Counted from the first letter of the stretch, positions 18,733 through 30,053 are shown. The stretch is DNA of 32,000 bases from Candidatus Saccharimonadota bacterium (GCA_029715105.1 CP085695.1:450001-482000); one strand, 5' to 3'. Numbers and translations are program-made. The notes: generated from the letters alone by a model not told the origin.

Positions 18733-19388
18733 ACATGCATCCTTTTCCCTTTATAAATATTCTTCATTATTTGTCTTATATCTCTGCTTCTTAAGCAGAA
18801 CTTAATATTTCCAATAAATATTATTATCAATTAAAACTTTTCATCCACATTCATATATTATATATTATAATGCCCAACTCCGTAATTTCACTTTTATTTT
18901 TATTTAAAACTAATAATATCTATATACTTTTATATATTAGTAAAATTTTACAGAATATTTTACACGTGAATTTCACTACTAATAACTTCATATAAATTAA
19001 ACATATTTTATTAAAATAAATATAGAAACCAATTCTATCCTTATTCTACCCTTTTAATCTAATTTTCATATTTTAATTTTAATTAAATTTAAATTTTGCC
19101 GAACCCACCCTATTTAACAAGAGAAATTATACAATTTTACCTTTAATAAAACTTCTTACTAACAAAATTATTATTATTTTGCTAATAGGTTATAATAACT
19201 ATTACTTTCTTTTAAGAACTCCCATTAAAAATTCTTTATTAGATTTAAAAATAAAATTCAATACTTATTTCTTTTCTAATTATTATTAAAACTCACATTA
19301 CTTAATCACACCACATTTTATCTTCAGAACCTTATTCATGGTCAACAACACTCTAGCTATTCATTCTTTACACATTAAAACATAACTA

Positions 19389-21863
19389 TTATAATTCCGC
19401 ACCTACAGTAAACTTTTCATTCGATGCTACAAATCCAGTCACATCTTCACTCCATTGTATCAATTTAGCATTACAAACTGTTTGTAAATCGTTCTGCGTA
19501 GATAAATTTAATCTATTTTCTTGTACATTCACTTTTATCGTCAATTTTTTTATTAAATGTTTTAATGATACATTATTATCAGCTTTTATTTTTCTTACAA
19601 GATTCAATATCTGTACAGAATTATCCCCCATTTCTTTAGAACATTCATCATAAATAAGCTCTTCTTTAATTGGCCAATTGTTCTTACGATGTATAGAATT
19701 ACAACTATATAATTGATAATATATTTCTTCTGTAATATATGGGAAGAAAGGCGCAAATAATCTCAAAATAACATTTAATGCACATATTAAACCCTGTTTT
19801 GCGCTCGAAGCTTTATCACCACCAACTCTATCCCCATACACACGTTTTTTTACTAATTCCAAGTAATTATCACAAAAATCTTTCCAAAAAAAATCCTCCA
19901 CAACTCTTAAAGCTTTATAATATTCAAATTGCAATAAATCATTCGTTGCTCTGTCTATAACTTTATATAACTTAGACAGTATCCATTTATCTATTGTTTC
20001 ACTAATAGAATTTATCTTTACTATTTGATACTTTTTTATAAACATGGAAACAAATTTACTAGCATTCCAAAGCTTTATAATAAAACGCTTGCCAGTTTTT
20101 AATGTGTTCTCAGAATAAACTGTATCAATTCCAAGTTTTGAATTTGCTGCCCAATAACGCACTACATCAGCCCCATAGATGTTAAGCACTACGTTGGGAG
20201 TAATAATATTACCTTTTGATTTACTCATCTTTTTTTTATTATCAGCTAAACACCAACCGCTAATCATAATGTTCTTCCATGGCAAAGAATTTGCATGATA
20301 ATGTGCCTTTAAAATCGTATAAAAAGCCCAAGTTCTTATTATTTCGTGACTTTGAGTACGTAAATCTGCAGGAAATATTTTATCATAACGATGATCTCGC
20401 AAATAAAATTTATTGTTTATTGCTAATGCATTTAGTTGAGGGGTAATAGCGCTCGTAGCCCAAGTATCCATTACATCTTGATCTGGAATAACTTCTTTTC
20501 TACTATACCCAGTTGGTAGATCTTTAAACGGATCTACAGGAAGATTTTTTACTTCAGCCAAAATAATTTTGCCTTCCTCTCCTTTGCGCCTTGAATACCA
20601 TATTGGAAATGGTACCCCAAAATAACGTTGTCTTGAAATACACCAGTCCCAACTTAGTCCCCTTATCCATACTTCCATACGCTTTCTCATAAAATCTGGA
20701 TACCAATTGCATTTTTTAACCCTATCTAAAACTTTAGCCTTTTCATTTAAAGTCTTAATGAACCATTGATATGTAGAAAATATTTCAAGCTGTGCACCAG
20801 ATCTTTCTGCGCATTTAACAGAATGAAAAACATTAGTACTCTTTACAAGAGATCCACTTTTACTCAATATTTCAATCATTTTTTTTCTTGCTTCTTTAAT
20901 CCTTAACCCTTCCAATGCACTACATATTATTTCAACGCCTCGACATCTATATTTACTATGATAAATTGAATTTAAACTTATCTTACCATCACTGTTAATA
21001 ATAATCTTCATCGGTAAATTATATTTTTGTTGCCAATACACATCAAGTTCATCACCAAACGTACAACACATGACTAATCCAGTACCCTTATTTATTTTAA
21101 CTCTATTATCAGCCATAATTGGAACTTTTTCCTCTGTTACTGATACTATAGCCATCTTCCCAATTAAATGAGTATAACGTATATCTTCCGGATGACAAAA
21201 AACTGCAACACATGCAGGAAGTAATTCAGGTCTTGTAGTTGTAATCTTGATCTGCTCATTTTCTTGAGTAGAGAAAATTATTGTGTTTAAAAGTGACTCA
21301 CAAATTTTGTTATCTATTTCTGCATAAGAAATTGCAGTTTTGTCAACAGGATCCCAAAAAATAGGTTGCATTTTTCTATATGCATACCCCCTATTGTACA
21401 GGTCAATAAACGACATTTGAGAAAGCGTTATAGCATCCCTGCTTAAAGTATGATACTCTAAATTCCAATCATAACTAATACCAATAGACCTAAATAAATT
21501 CTTGAATTTTTGCTTTAATTTTTTAATTACCCCATAACACATCTCTATAAATTCTTCCCTTTTAACCTCTTTTGCGCGTATTTTATAAACTTGTTCAACC
21601 AACCTTTCAGTTGGAAGTCCATTACCATCAAATCCTATTGGATAAAATACGTCTCTTCCTATCATACGCTGAAATCTTGCAATAAAATCCGTATGACAAT
21701 AACTAAATACATGACCAATATGCAACTCTCCTGATATTGTCGGAGGAGGTGTATCTATAACAAAAGTGTTACTCCCACCGCTCCATCTATAAATATTGTT
21801 ATCTTCCCATAATGCATTATGTCTATTTTCAATTTCATGAAAACTATACTTTCCTTCTAACAT
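19389..21863 (-). CDS. valS: valine--tRNA ligase (short form without the bacterial C-terminal coiled coil)
   Basis: 824 aa with the HIGH motif (GELHIGHVFSY), the KMSKS motif (KKKMSKSKGN), the editing-domain motif TTTRPELLPA, and DWCISRQRYFGVPFP. Confidence 0.95.
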   Translation of the reverse strand: MLEGKYSFHEIENRHNALWEDNNIYRWSGGSNTFVIDTPPPTISGELHIGHVFSYCHTDFIARFQRMIGRDVFYPIGFDGNGLPTERLVEQVYKIRAKEVKREEFIEMCYGVIKKLKQKFKNLFRSIGISYDWNLEYHTLSRDAITLSQMSFIDLYNRGYAYRKMQPIFWDPVDKTAISYAEIDNKICESLLNTIIFSTQENEQIKITTTRPELLPACVAVFCHPEDIRYTHLIGKMAIVSVTEEKVPIMADNRVKINKGTGLVMCCTFGDELDVYWQQKYNLPMKIIINSDGKISLNSIYHSKYRCRGVEIICSALEGLRIKEARKKMIEILSKSGSLVKSTNVFHSVKCAERSGAQLEIFSTYQWFIKTLNEKAKVLDRVKKCNWYPDFMRKRMEVWIRGLSWDWCISRQRYFGVPFPIWYSRRKGEEGKIILAEVKNLPVDPFKDLPTGYSRKEVIPDQDVMDTWATSAITPQLNALAINNKFYLRDHRYDKIFPADLRTQSHEIIRTWAFYTILKAHYHANSLPWKNIMISGWCLADNKKKMSKSKGNIITPNVVLNIYGADVVRYWAANSKLGIDTVYSENTLKTGKRFIIKLWNASKFVSMFIKKYQIVKINSISETIDKWILSKLYKVIDRATNDLLQFEYYKALRVVEDFFWKDFCDNYLELVKKRVYGDRVGGDKASSAKQGLICALNVILRLFAPFFPYITEEIYYQLYSCNSIHRKNNWPIKEELIYDECSKEMGDNSVQILNLVRKIKADNNVSLKHLIKKLTIKVNVQENRLNLSTQNDLQTVCNAKLIQWSEDVTGFVASNEKFTVGAEL

Positions 21864-23356
21864 AAACTTTTCATTTAATTTTTAATTAATAGATTATAAA
21901 ATGAAAAACAACTAATAAAAACTCTATTAAAATTTATACATTTATTTAATTTGCTAAGCTTTAAGCTTAAACTAATAAACATCATCAAAATTGTTCATCA
22001 ATGAGACTATCCCTTAGAAATCAATAAGCATGCCCCGTATTAAACATAAACTTAATAAATTCTAATAAAATCTTCTTCTTGTTTTACAAACAAAAGCTGT
22101 AACAATAAATACATACTCCCTTTACTATCCTAACTGTGAAGCAAAATTTAACATTTATACTTATAATTTAATAATAACTAAAATAACATATTCTGCTATA
22201 ACTTTAAATACAAATGATTTTGTACTCTAATTAGATACAAAGAGGTAAATAAAATTAAAAATTTTTATGAAATCATCCAAAGAAAATCATCTAAGTGAAC
22301 ATAAAAACTAAAATAAAACTATAAATATATGAAACTTAAAGTTTTTCTCAAAATTTTAATCGATAGGTCAATCTAGACAATCTAATTGTTAACAAATATC
22401 ACAGCAGTGATTTTATCGTATTCACAAAAATAAATTCCTTTAACATTATCCTTATTTTATTAAATTTATAAAACATAATACCCCACCCTTGCATCATTCA
22501 TCTACTCTTACTAAATCTCAATTCTTCACTAAATTCTTAAAAATTTTTATTATTTTATCATACTTTTATCACACAAAAACATGAGTTAATATAAATTAAA
22601 AGTTCTTGCAAGAATCTAAAATCGACTAAATCTTCAATATTTTAAAAGAAATTTAAATATATATACCACTATTAAATACTTCTTTTTCTCTTAATTAATT
22701 CCTACTTTTTATTCCAAATATAAATCTATTAATTGAATAATAAACCTTCCTCCTGAAAGGGACAACGCCCCAATAACTCTAATCCAATATAGATTTAATA
22801 CATATCGGAAAAAGTCTCATTTAATTAGCAATCCCATATCAGTCTACATACCTCTTTTAACACTTGAATTACAAGAATATTATGCTAGCAATATATAAGT
22901 TTCTTATTCACAAAATAATATCTAAAATTGAAATTTCTTATTCATTTGCTTCACTTACTTTCATTTATCTATATTTCTTATAAAATCTTTAATTTGTAAC
23001 CAACTTCTTTTTTATAAAAGCTTATTTATAAATAAATTTATTGCACTTCATTTCAAACATCTCCCAACCAAAATATCTTAAATTACCCTAATATTTTTTA
23101 TATTTTACTTAACGCTAAAACATATTTTCTTAATGCTTCTTACGCATATCTATATTTACTTTTGTTCAAAACTAAAATCACAATAAAACTAACAAAGTTT
23201 TAATTTTTAAAAATCTTAAAATTTGACATAACTCTATGCTATTATCTGTTCTATCTAAAACAAACAAATTATATCCAAAATACAAAAATCTTTGATTGGG
23301 ACGATAACTTTTTATATTATTAATTTTACATTTTGAATTAAGAATTAATTATCTAC

Positions 23357-24559
23357 ATGACTATCTCTCATATCTTACCAGTTTACTCTCCTATTAACAT
23401 AAATTTTTCTTATGGCAAAGGTATCTACTTATATGACATTAATAATAAACGTTACATAGATTTTCATTCTGGAATAGCAGTTAATAGTTTGGGTCACTCC
23501 AATCCACAATTAATTAACACCCTTAAGCTACAAGGAGAAAAATTATGGCACATATCAAACACCTATAACATACCTACTGCTAATAATTTTGCAAAAAAAT
23601 TAAAAAATAATAGTTTTGCAGATACTGTATTTTTTACAAATTCTGGATCAGAGGCAGTAGAGTGTGGACTTAAAATTGCTATGGCTTATCAAAATGGAAA
23701 AGGTAATAAAAACCGTCATAGAATTATAACATTTTATGGTGCATTTCATGGAAGAACATTTATAACCTGTGCTATAAATAGCAAACAAAAATTTTCTAGT
23801 TTAATTAATCCCTATATTGATTGGTGTGACAATGTTGAACCTAACATCGAAAGCGTAAAAGAAACAATTTCTAATAAAACATGTGTTATATTAATAGAAC
23901 CAATACAAGGACAAGGTGGTATTAAAATAATGGACAAAACCTTTATAAAAGAATTAAGAAAACTATGCAATGAACATGACATATTACTGTTTTTTGACTG
24001 TGTACAATGTGGCTCTGGTAGAACTGGAAAATTATTCGCATATGAACATATAGGAATAGAACCTGATATATGCGCTCTCGCGAAAGGAATAGGAGGTGGA
24101 TTCCCGTTGGGAATTTGTCTCGCAACTAAAAAAGCTGCTAAATATATGAAGGTTGGTATGCACGGTTCTACTTTTGGCGGTAATCCACTTGCAACCTCAA
24201 TAGGTAACACTGTTATAGACGAATTACTAAGTTATAACTTTCTAAAAAAAGTTGAAATTAGAGGTAAATATTTAAAAAATAAATTAGAAAATTTAGCAAA
24301 CAAATTTTCAATAATAGAAAAAGTAAGAGGAAAAGGGCTAATGCTCGGAATAAAAGTAAAAATGGATAGCAAAAAATTTTCAGAAGAATTAAGCTACCGA
24401 GGTCTACTTACTGTAGGAGCAACATTAGATAATGTTGTAAGAATTTTACCTCCACTCACTATCACAGAAAAAGAAATCGACGAAGGAATTGAAATACTAA
24501 TTCAGTACTTATCTAGTTTATCTAGTATCAATTCTCATGTTAATGGAACAACCTTCTAA
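23357..24559 (+). CDS. argD: acetylornithine / succinyldiaminopimelate aminotransferase (class III PLP aminotransferase)
   Basis: 400 aa with FTNSGSEAVE, FFDCVQCGSGRTGKLFA, the PLP-lysine context ALAKGIGGGFPLG, and STFGGNPLA. Confidence 0.9.
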   Translation: MTISHILPVYSPININFSYGKGIYLYDINNKRYIDFHSGIAVNSLGHSNPQLINTLKLQGEKLWHISNTYNIPTANNFAKKLKNNSFADTVFFTNSGSEAVECGLKIAMAYQNGKGNKNRHRIITFYGAFHGRTFITCAINSKQKFSSLINPYIDWCDNVEPNIESVKETISNKTCVILIEPIQGQGGIKIMDKTFIKELRKLCNEHDILLFFDCVQCGSGRTGKLFAYEHIGIEPDICALAKGIGGGFPLGICLATKKAAKYMKVGMHGSTFGGNPLATSIGNTVIDELLSYNFLKKVEIRGKYLKNKLENLANKFSIIEKVRGKGLMLGIKVKMDSKKFSEELSYRGLLTVGATLDNVVRILPPLTITEKEIDEGIEILIQYLSSLSSINSHVNGTTF

Positions 24560-25081
24560 TTTATTTAAGGGAATATCTATTGAACAGATAAGTAGATAAA
24601 ATTTCTTCTAATATAAAAAGCCTCACTCACTTTTTACTATATAGAAGATATTAAAATTTTACCCCGAAATCCAGCTACAATTTTATACTTAAAACTACCA
24701 AAAACCTATTCTGGTAATTTTAAAATATAAAACAGACTTATCACCTTCATAAAAAGCAAAACCAAATTTCATAATCATAAAACTTTTATAAAAGATTGCA
24801 AATCTTTTAAGATAATTAGAATTAATATCCCCACGACAAGAGACCTTTTACCTTATTATATTATAAACTTAAATAATTTGCTCAATAAGCCCATTTTAAA
24901 ATTTTATCTGATTTATAAAACTTATATTTCATACTATGAACAAAAATTATATACTGATAAATTTGCTTTTCCTTTTGCCTTACTACTGAAATTAATTATA
25001 AAAGTAATTAAAACACATATTATTTTCATAAAAAAACATACCTTAATAAAACTACTAGCTAAATTTTGCAATTATTCACTG

Positions 25082-25110
25082 TTGCAATTCAATCAATTGA
25101 GATGTATATA
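25082..25110 (+). promoter_or_regulatory. candidate sigma-70 promoter for guaB
   Basis: TTGCAA (25082-25087), a 17-nt spacer, then TATATA (25105-25110), ending 20 nt upstream of the guaB ATG. The TTGCAATT word is repeated at 25066-25073. Such hexamers arise easily in AT-rich DNA. Confidence 0.3.
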
Positions 25111-25130
25111 AGCTCTAAATAAAAGCGTTT

Positions 25131-26633
25131 ATGAGAATGAAAGCTTGTTATTCGTTTGATGACATACTACTCTTACCAGCTCACTCTGATATACTACCTT
25201 CCGATACAGACACGAAAACTTATCTAACAAATAGTATAAAGCTTAATATTCCCCTCATATCTTCTGCAATGGATACTGTCACTAAATCAAATTTCGCAAT
25301 AACTATCGCACAACATGGTGGAATAGGTTGTATACATAAAAACTTATCAATAGATGAGCAAGTTTTAGAAGTTAGAAAAGTAAAAAAATATGAAAGCTGG
25401 ATTGTATATAACCCAATTACAATTTCTCCAAATAAAACAATCGCAGAAGCAATTTCATTAATGAATAAATATAATTACTCAGGTATTCCTGTAGTCGATC
25501 AATCTAAATTAGTAGGAATTTTAACCAATCGTGATGTAAGATTTATTGAAAATAAAAACATGAATATAAAAGTTTCTGAAATAATGACAAAAAGTAAATT
25601 AATTACTGTACGAGAGCATGAAGTAAATAGCGTATCAGCTATGAAATTACTACATAAAAATAAAATAGAAAAACTTTTAGTTGTAGATGAAAACTCTTGT
25701 TGTATAGGTTTAATTACCGTCAAGGATATTGAAAAGTATTATAATAAATACCCAAACTCATGTAAAGATAATAAGGGACGCCTTAGAGTTGCTGCTGCAG
25801 TTGGAATTGGTAAGAAAGATGGTATAGAAAGATGTAAGGCTTTAATTCAAGAAGAAATTGACGCAATTATTATTGATACTGCTCATGGTCATTCTGAAAA
25901 TGTTATTAATACCATCAAAAAAATAAAAACAATGTACCCAAATATACAACTAGTAGGTGGTAATATTGCAACAAAAGAAGCTGCTGAAGCATTAATCGAT
26001 GCGGGCGTTGATGCAGTAAAGGTCGGTATAGGACCCGGATCAATTTGCACTACTAGAATAGTTACAGGTGTTGGTGTACCGCAATTTTCTGCAATTCAAA
26101 ATGTTGCAGAAGTATGTAAGGTAAAAAAAGTAAGATTAATTGCTGACGGTGGAATAAAGTACTCAGGAGACGTTGCAAAAGCTATAGCAGCAGGTGCTGA
26201 TTCTGTAATGATTGGTTCGCTCTTTGCGGGTACTGACGAAAGTCCAGGTGAGACAATAATGTATAAAGGTAGAGCATATAAAAGCTACCGAGGAATGGGA
26301 TCCATCAGCGCAATGAAATCAGGCTCAGCAAGTCGTTACTTTCAAAATAAAAACTCAAAACCTAAATTAGTACCGCAAGGGGTAGAAGGAAGAGTTCCAT
26401 TTAAAGGACCAGCTTCGGGAGTAATTCACCAATTAATTGGAGGATTACAGGCTGCAATGGGATATACCGGAAATAGAAATATAGAGGAAATGAAGAAAAA
26501 CTGTAAATTTATTACTATTACCGCATCCGGATTTAGAGAGAGCCATGCTCATGACATAATCATCACACAAGAAGCACCAAATTATTCTCAAATATGCAGC
26601 AGCTTACCAAGCGATCCTGACGAAAATAAGTAA
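25131..26633 (+). CDS. guaB: inosine-5'-monophosphate dehydrogenase
   Basis: 500 aa with [10 protein letters not shown] at the N-terminus, a tandem CBS pair (about res 95-205), the catalytic loop [12 protein letters not shown], and the motifs [11 protein letters not shown] and [13 protein letters not shown]. Confidence 0.97.
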   Translation: MRMKACYSFDDILLLPAHSDILPSDTDTKTYLTNSIKLNIPLISSAMDTVTKSNFAITIAQHGGIGCIHKNLSIDEQVLEVRKVKKYESWIVYNPITISPNKTIAEAISLMNKYNYSGIPVVDQSKLVGILTNRDVRFIENKNMNIKVSEIMTKSKLITVREHEVNSVSAMKLLHKNKIEKLLVVDENSCCIGLITVKDIEKYYNKYPNSCKDNKGRLRVAAAVGIGKKDGIERCKALIQEEIDAIIIDTAHGHSENVINTIKKIKTMYPNIQLVGGNIATKEAAEALIDAGVDAVKVGIGPGSICTTRIVTGVGVPQFSAIQNVAEVCKVKKVRLIADGGIKYSGDVAKAIAAGADSVMIGSLFAGTDESPGETIMYKGRAYKSYRGMGSISAMKSGSASRYFQNKNSKPKLVPQGVEGRVPFKGPASGVIHQLIGGLQAAMGYTGNRNIEEMKKNCKFITITASGFRESHAHDIIITQEAPNYSQICSSLPSDPDENK

Positions 26634-26708
26634 ATAACCCATCTCTTAGTTAATATATTTTTAATATATCCTCCATTAAACAAATAAATAAAAATATATA
26701 ATCAAAAT

Positions 26709-26716
26709 CCCCCCCC
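26709..26716. repeat. C8 homopolymer tract (G8 on the minus strand)
   Basis: Direct reading gives ...atcaaaat CCCCCCCC atttac..., in the guaB/ygfZ convergent spacer. Confidence 0.9.
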
Positions 26717-26836
26717 ATTTACTCTTGAGGAATATAAAAATCAATACCAAAAATTATTAAAAAGTTTAAGCCTTAATTAAATAAATTAACTAAAAATAAC
26801 GCCACAATTTCTGTAATTTTGCAATTACATCTCCCT

Positions 26837-27688
26837 CTAATGCACAACAATTATTTTAACTCCATTAGCATATAAATTATTATAATTCTCTCCAGAGCAA
26901 AGCAATGCAAGCCCAATGTTACCTATACTAGAGCGCAACTCACCTACCTCTTTATTGTTATTTTCATTTATTATCTTAGTTCCAATATTTGGAAGTATAT
27001 TACTATCTCCCTCAATAAAATAAATTCTTTTTCTAAGTACCTTTTGCCTTCTCATTCGATTTACAATCTCTTGACCTATATAACACCCTTTATTAAAGCT
27101 CATCCCATTAGCCTTATCAATCAAATACTGTAAAGGAAACGACAAGTTCTGTATCATATCCCTTGCCCCATCGGGAATAAGATTCTGAATTCTAATTTCC
27201 TCATACTCAATGAAATCTCCAATAATCCGCTTCACCTTATTATCTTTATGTTTATATATAATTCTTATTCCAAGAGATTTACTTCGTGGATCTTGGAAAA
27301 TAACTTGTGATTCATCGCATATTTCTGGCTCATCTGAACCTCTAAGTGAAATCCCCACTTTATATATCGTGCTAACATCTTTGACTTCCACTCTCAAATA
27401 AGTTTTAAGTAGAACTAATTTTTCAATTATTTGTTGTAAATATATATTTTCACATTCCAAAAAAATAAACTCACCATATCTAATTAAAAAAAAATCATAT
27501 AAGTACCTTCCGTAAGGACTAAGCAATAAGGAGTAAATCGCTTTTTGATTATTCAATTTATTGATGTCATTCGTTATAATACCCTGTAAAAAATCTGCGG
27601 TATCCGGACCGTATAAAGCTATTACACCGCGGCTCTCTAATGGCAAGTAGCTCACTACCAAATTATATAAAAATCTTGAGTATGGCAA
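26837..27688 (-). CDS. ygfZ: folate-binding YgfZ-family protein (GcvT-like fold)
   Basis: 283 aa with RGVIALYGPDTADFLQGIITNDI near the N-terminus and the YgfZ signature KGCYIGQEIVNRM. The ORF opens with TTG (caa at 27686-27688), so the exact start is uncertain. Confidence 0.75.
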   Translation of the reverse strand: MPYSRFLYNLVVSYLPLESRGVIALYGPDTADFLQGIITNDINKLNNQKAIYSLLLSPYGRYLYDFFLIRYGEFIFLECENIYLQQIIEKLVLLKTYLRVEVKDVSTIYKVGISLRGSDEPEICDESQVIFQDPRSKSLGIRIIYKHKDNKVKRIIGDFIEYEEIRIQNLIPDGARDMIQNLSFPLQYLIDKANGMSFNKGCYIGQEIVNRMRRQKVLRKRIYFIEGDSNILPNIGTKIINENNNKEVGELRSSIGNIGLALLCSGENYNNLYANGVKIIVVH

Positions 27689-27875
27689 ATATATACACCA
27701 TTTGTCAAAATATTATTTAGGTATTATCTAGAAATGTTCTCTGACTAATTTTTAATATTTTTAACATTTTTATTTGATTTATAACGCTATATAGGTGGGA
27801 CACCCTTAACTAACATGTTGTACACAAACATATTATTTTATATTGCTTTTAATACACCAGTTCTTTTAAAACCAA

Positions 27876-27906
27876 CCCTTGAAATCAAACTTAAAAATAC
27901 ATACAT
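27876..27906 (+). promoter_or_regulatory. candidate sigma-32 (RpoH)-type heat-shock promoter for groES-groEL
   Basis: CCCTTGAAA at 27876-27884 is an exact match to the sigma-32 -35 core (CCCTTGAA). A weak -10-like CATACAT lies 15 nt downstream at 27900-27906. An inverted repeat ATAGAT-cctag-ATCTAT follows at 27905-27921, then the SD GGAGGGAGAG (27927-27936) and the ATG at 27939. Confidence 0.35.
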
Positions 27907-27938
27907 AGATCCTAGATCTATTTATTGGAGGGAGAGCA

Positions 27939-28229
27939 ATGTCAAGTATAAACTTAAGTGTATTAGATGATAGTGTTTTAATTAAACCTATCACTGAAGA
28001 AAAACAAGGTGGAATTGTACTCCCATCGAGTGCCGAAAAAAAACCTACTAAAGGTGAAGTTATAGCAATCGGTGAGGGTTCACGTAATTCAAGTGGTGAG
28101 CGCGTAGCTTTAACTGTAAAGATTGGCGATAAGGTATTTTACAGACAATGGGCTGGCACAGAAATAGAACACCGCGATGAAAAGTTTATAGTGATGAAAG
28201 AATCTGATATACTTGCTATCGTTAGGTAG
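27939..28229 (+). CDS. groES: co-chaperonin GroES
   Basis: 96 aa with [35 protein letters not shown] and the typical GroES length. It lies immediately upstream of groEL. Confidence 0.97.
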   Translation: MSSINLSVLDDSVLIKPITEEKQGGIVLPSSAEKKPTKGEVIAIGEGSRNSSGERVALTVKIGDKVFYRQWAGTEIEHRDEKFIVMKESDILAIVR

Positions 28230-28313
28230 TTTTATAGTTTATAATTCAAGTTTTTGTTTAAATGTTTTAATTTGTATTTTGTTTTAGTTTTATTATTTTT
28301 GAGAGGTGATAAA

Positions 28314-29972
28314 ATGGCTAATGTAGTAGTATCAGGCGAGCAGTTGCAAGAGGCTTTCCGTGAAGTTGCATCGATAGTAGATTCAACAGTAGCAGTAACT
28401 GCAGGACCTAGGGGAAAAACAGTTGGAATTAATAAGCCTTACGGAGCTCCTGAAATCACAAAGGATGGTTATAAAGTAATGAAGGGTATTAAACCCGAAA
28501 AGCCTTTAAATGCTGCAATAACAAGTATCTTTGCTCAAAGTTGTTCCCAATGTAATGATAAAGTTGGTGACGGTACAACAACATGCTCAATACTAACTAG
28601 TAGCATGGTAATGGAGGCTTCAAAATCTATAGCTGCTGGAAATGATCGTGTCAGTATTAAAAATGGAATGCAGAAAGCAAAAGAATTGGTATTGAAACAA
28701 ATCTCATCAATGTCTCGTACAATTTCTCTGGAAAAGATGGATGAAGTAGCGCAAGTTGCTATTATTTCCGCAAATGGCGATAGAGATATTGGTAGTAGCA
28801 TTGCTGATGCTGTTAAAAAAGTTGGGAAGGAAGGTGTAATTACTGTTGAAGAAAGTAAAGGTTCAAAAGAATTGGAGGTTGAACTTACTACTGGTATGCA
28901 ATTTGATCGTGGCTATCTTTCTCCTTACTTTATTACAAATAACGAAAAAATGATCGTAGAGCTTGACGATCCATATCTCTTAATTACTGAGAAAAAGCTG
29001 AATATTATTCAGCCACTGCTTCCTATTCTTGAAGCTATTGTTAAATCTGGTAAATCCTTACTTATCATTGCAGAAGATATTGAAGGTGAAGCGTTGAGCA
29101 CATTAGTTATCAACAAGTTGCGTGGTGGGCTGAAAGTTGCAGCAGTAAAAGCTCCAGGTTTCGGAGATAGAAGAAAAGAAATGCTTGAAGATATAGCGAC
29201 TTTGACAAATGCTAAATATGTTATAAAAGATGAGCTTGGAATTAAAATGGAAGACCTTTCCCTAGAAGATTTAGGCACTGCTAAAAATGTTAAAATCACT
29301 AAAGATAATACTACAATTGTTAGTGAAAATAGTGATTCTGAAAGAGTAAAAGCTAGAATTGAGCAAATTAAGTCTCAAATCGAGACCTCAACTTCTGATT
29401 ACGATAAAGAAAAATTAAGAGAACGTTTAGCAAAATTATCAGGCGGTGTTGCGGTTCTGAAAGTTGGTGGTGCTACTGAAGTAGAGGTTAAAGAGCGTAG
29501 AGATAGAGTTGAAGATGCGCTTCATGCGACTAGAGCTGCAATTGAAGAAGGTATAGTCCCAGGTGGTGGAGTTGCACTTCTTTATACCTCATCTGCTCTT
29601 GATAAGCTGAAAGGAGGAAGTGACGAAGAACAAATAGGTATAAATATTATTAAAAAAGTTCTAAGCACTCCTATTAATAGGTTAGTTAAAAATGCTGGTC
29701 TTGAATCTGCTGTTATAATTGATCATTTAGTTAAACAAAATGATAAGGAACTTATATATAATGTTGAAGCTATGAACTATGCTAATGCATTTACTGCAGG
29801 TGTTATTGACCCAGCAAAAGTAATCCGTATTGCTTTTGAAACAGCGATATCTGTTGCAAGTGTACTGATTACCACAGAATCCATGATAGTTGATCTACCA
29901 AGTAAAGATGAAAGTTCTTCATCTCCTATGGGTGGAGGTGCTGGCAGCATGGGAGGAATGAACGGGTTTTAA
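28314..29972 (+). CDS. groEL: chaperonin GroEL (60 kDa)
   Basis: Full-length GroEL starting [11 protein letters not shown]. It contains DGTTTC and [12 protein letters not shown] and has the Gly/Met-rich tail [14 protein letters not shown] moved the start from the track's 28254 to the ATG at 28314, which sits 5 nt after the SD GAGAGGTG (28301-28308). Confidence 0.97.
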   Translation: MANVVVSGEQLQEAFREVASIVDSTVAVTAGPRGKTVGINKPYGAPEITKDGYKVMKGIKPEKPLNAAITSIFAQSCSQCNDKVGDGTTTCSILTSSMVMEASKSIAAGNDRVSIKNGMQKAKELVLKQISSMSRTISLEKMDEVAQVAIISANGDRDIGSSIADAVKKVGKEGVITVEESKGSKELEVELTTGMQFDRGYLSPYFITNNEKMIVELDDPYLLITEKKLNIIQPLLPILEAIVKSGKSLLIIAEDIEGEALSTLVINKLRGGLKVAAVKAPGFGDRRKEMLEDIATLTNAKYVIKDELGIKMEDLSLEDLGTAKNVKITKDNTTIVSENSDSERVKARIEQIKSQIETSTSDYDKEKLRERLAKLSGGVAVLKVGGATEVEVKERRDRVEDALHATRAAIEEGIVPGGGVALLYTSSALDKLKGGSDEEQIGINIIKKVLSTPINRLVKNAGLESAVIIDHLVKQNDKELIYNVEAMNYANAFTAGVIDPAKVIRIAFETAISVASVLITTESMIVDLPSKDESSSSPMGGGAGSMGGMNGF

Positions 29973-30012
29973 AAGGTGAGCGTTCTCTGTTAAAAGCAAA
30001 TAAGAGCCTCAA

Positions 30013-30053
30013 GGCAAAGCCAATGGAAGGGGCCTCCCCACTTTGGCTTTGCC
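30013..30053. terminator. GC-rich hairpin between convergent groEL and rplQ (candidate bidirectional terminator)
   Basis: A perfect 11-bp inverted repeat GGCAAAGCCAA (30013-30023) / TTGGCTTTGCC (30043-30053). It encloses an inner GGGG(30029-32)-cct-CCCC(30036-39) stem. It lies 41 nt after the groEL stop. T-rich sequence follows on the minus-strand side, and only a short TTTT follows on the + side. Confidence 0.45.

Noticed and set aside
27689-27938. A CIRCE (HrcA operator) element upstream of groES.
   Set aside because: No sequence resembling TTAGCACTC-N9-GAGTGCTAA is present. Only the short ATAGAT/ATCTAT inverted repeat is seen.
28254-28313. A 20-codon N-terminal extension of the groEL ORF ([20 protein letters not shown]) in the supplied track.
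   Set aside because: GroEL universally starts at the MA..V.. block. The ATG at 28314 is preceded at 5 nt by a strong SD (GAGAGGTG), and the extension is hydrophobic AT-rich read-through of the groES-groEL spacer.
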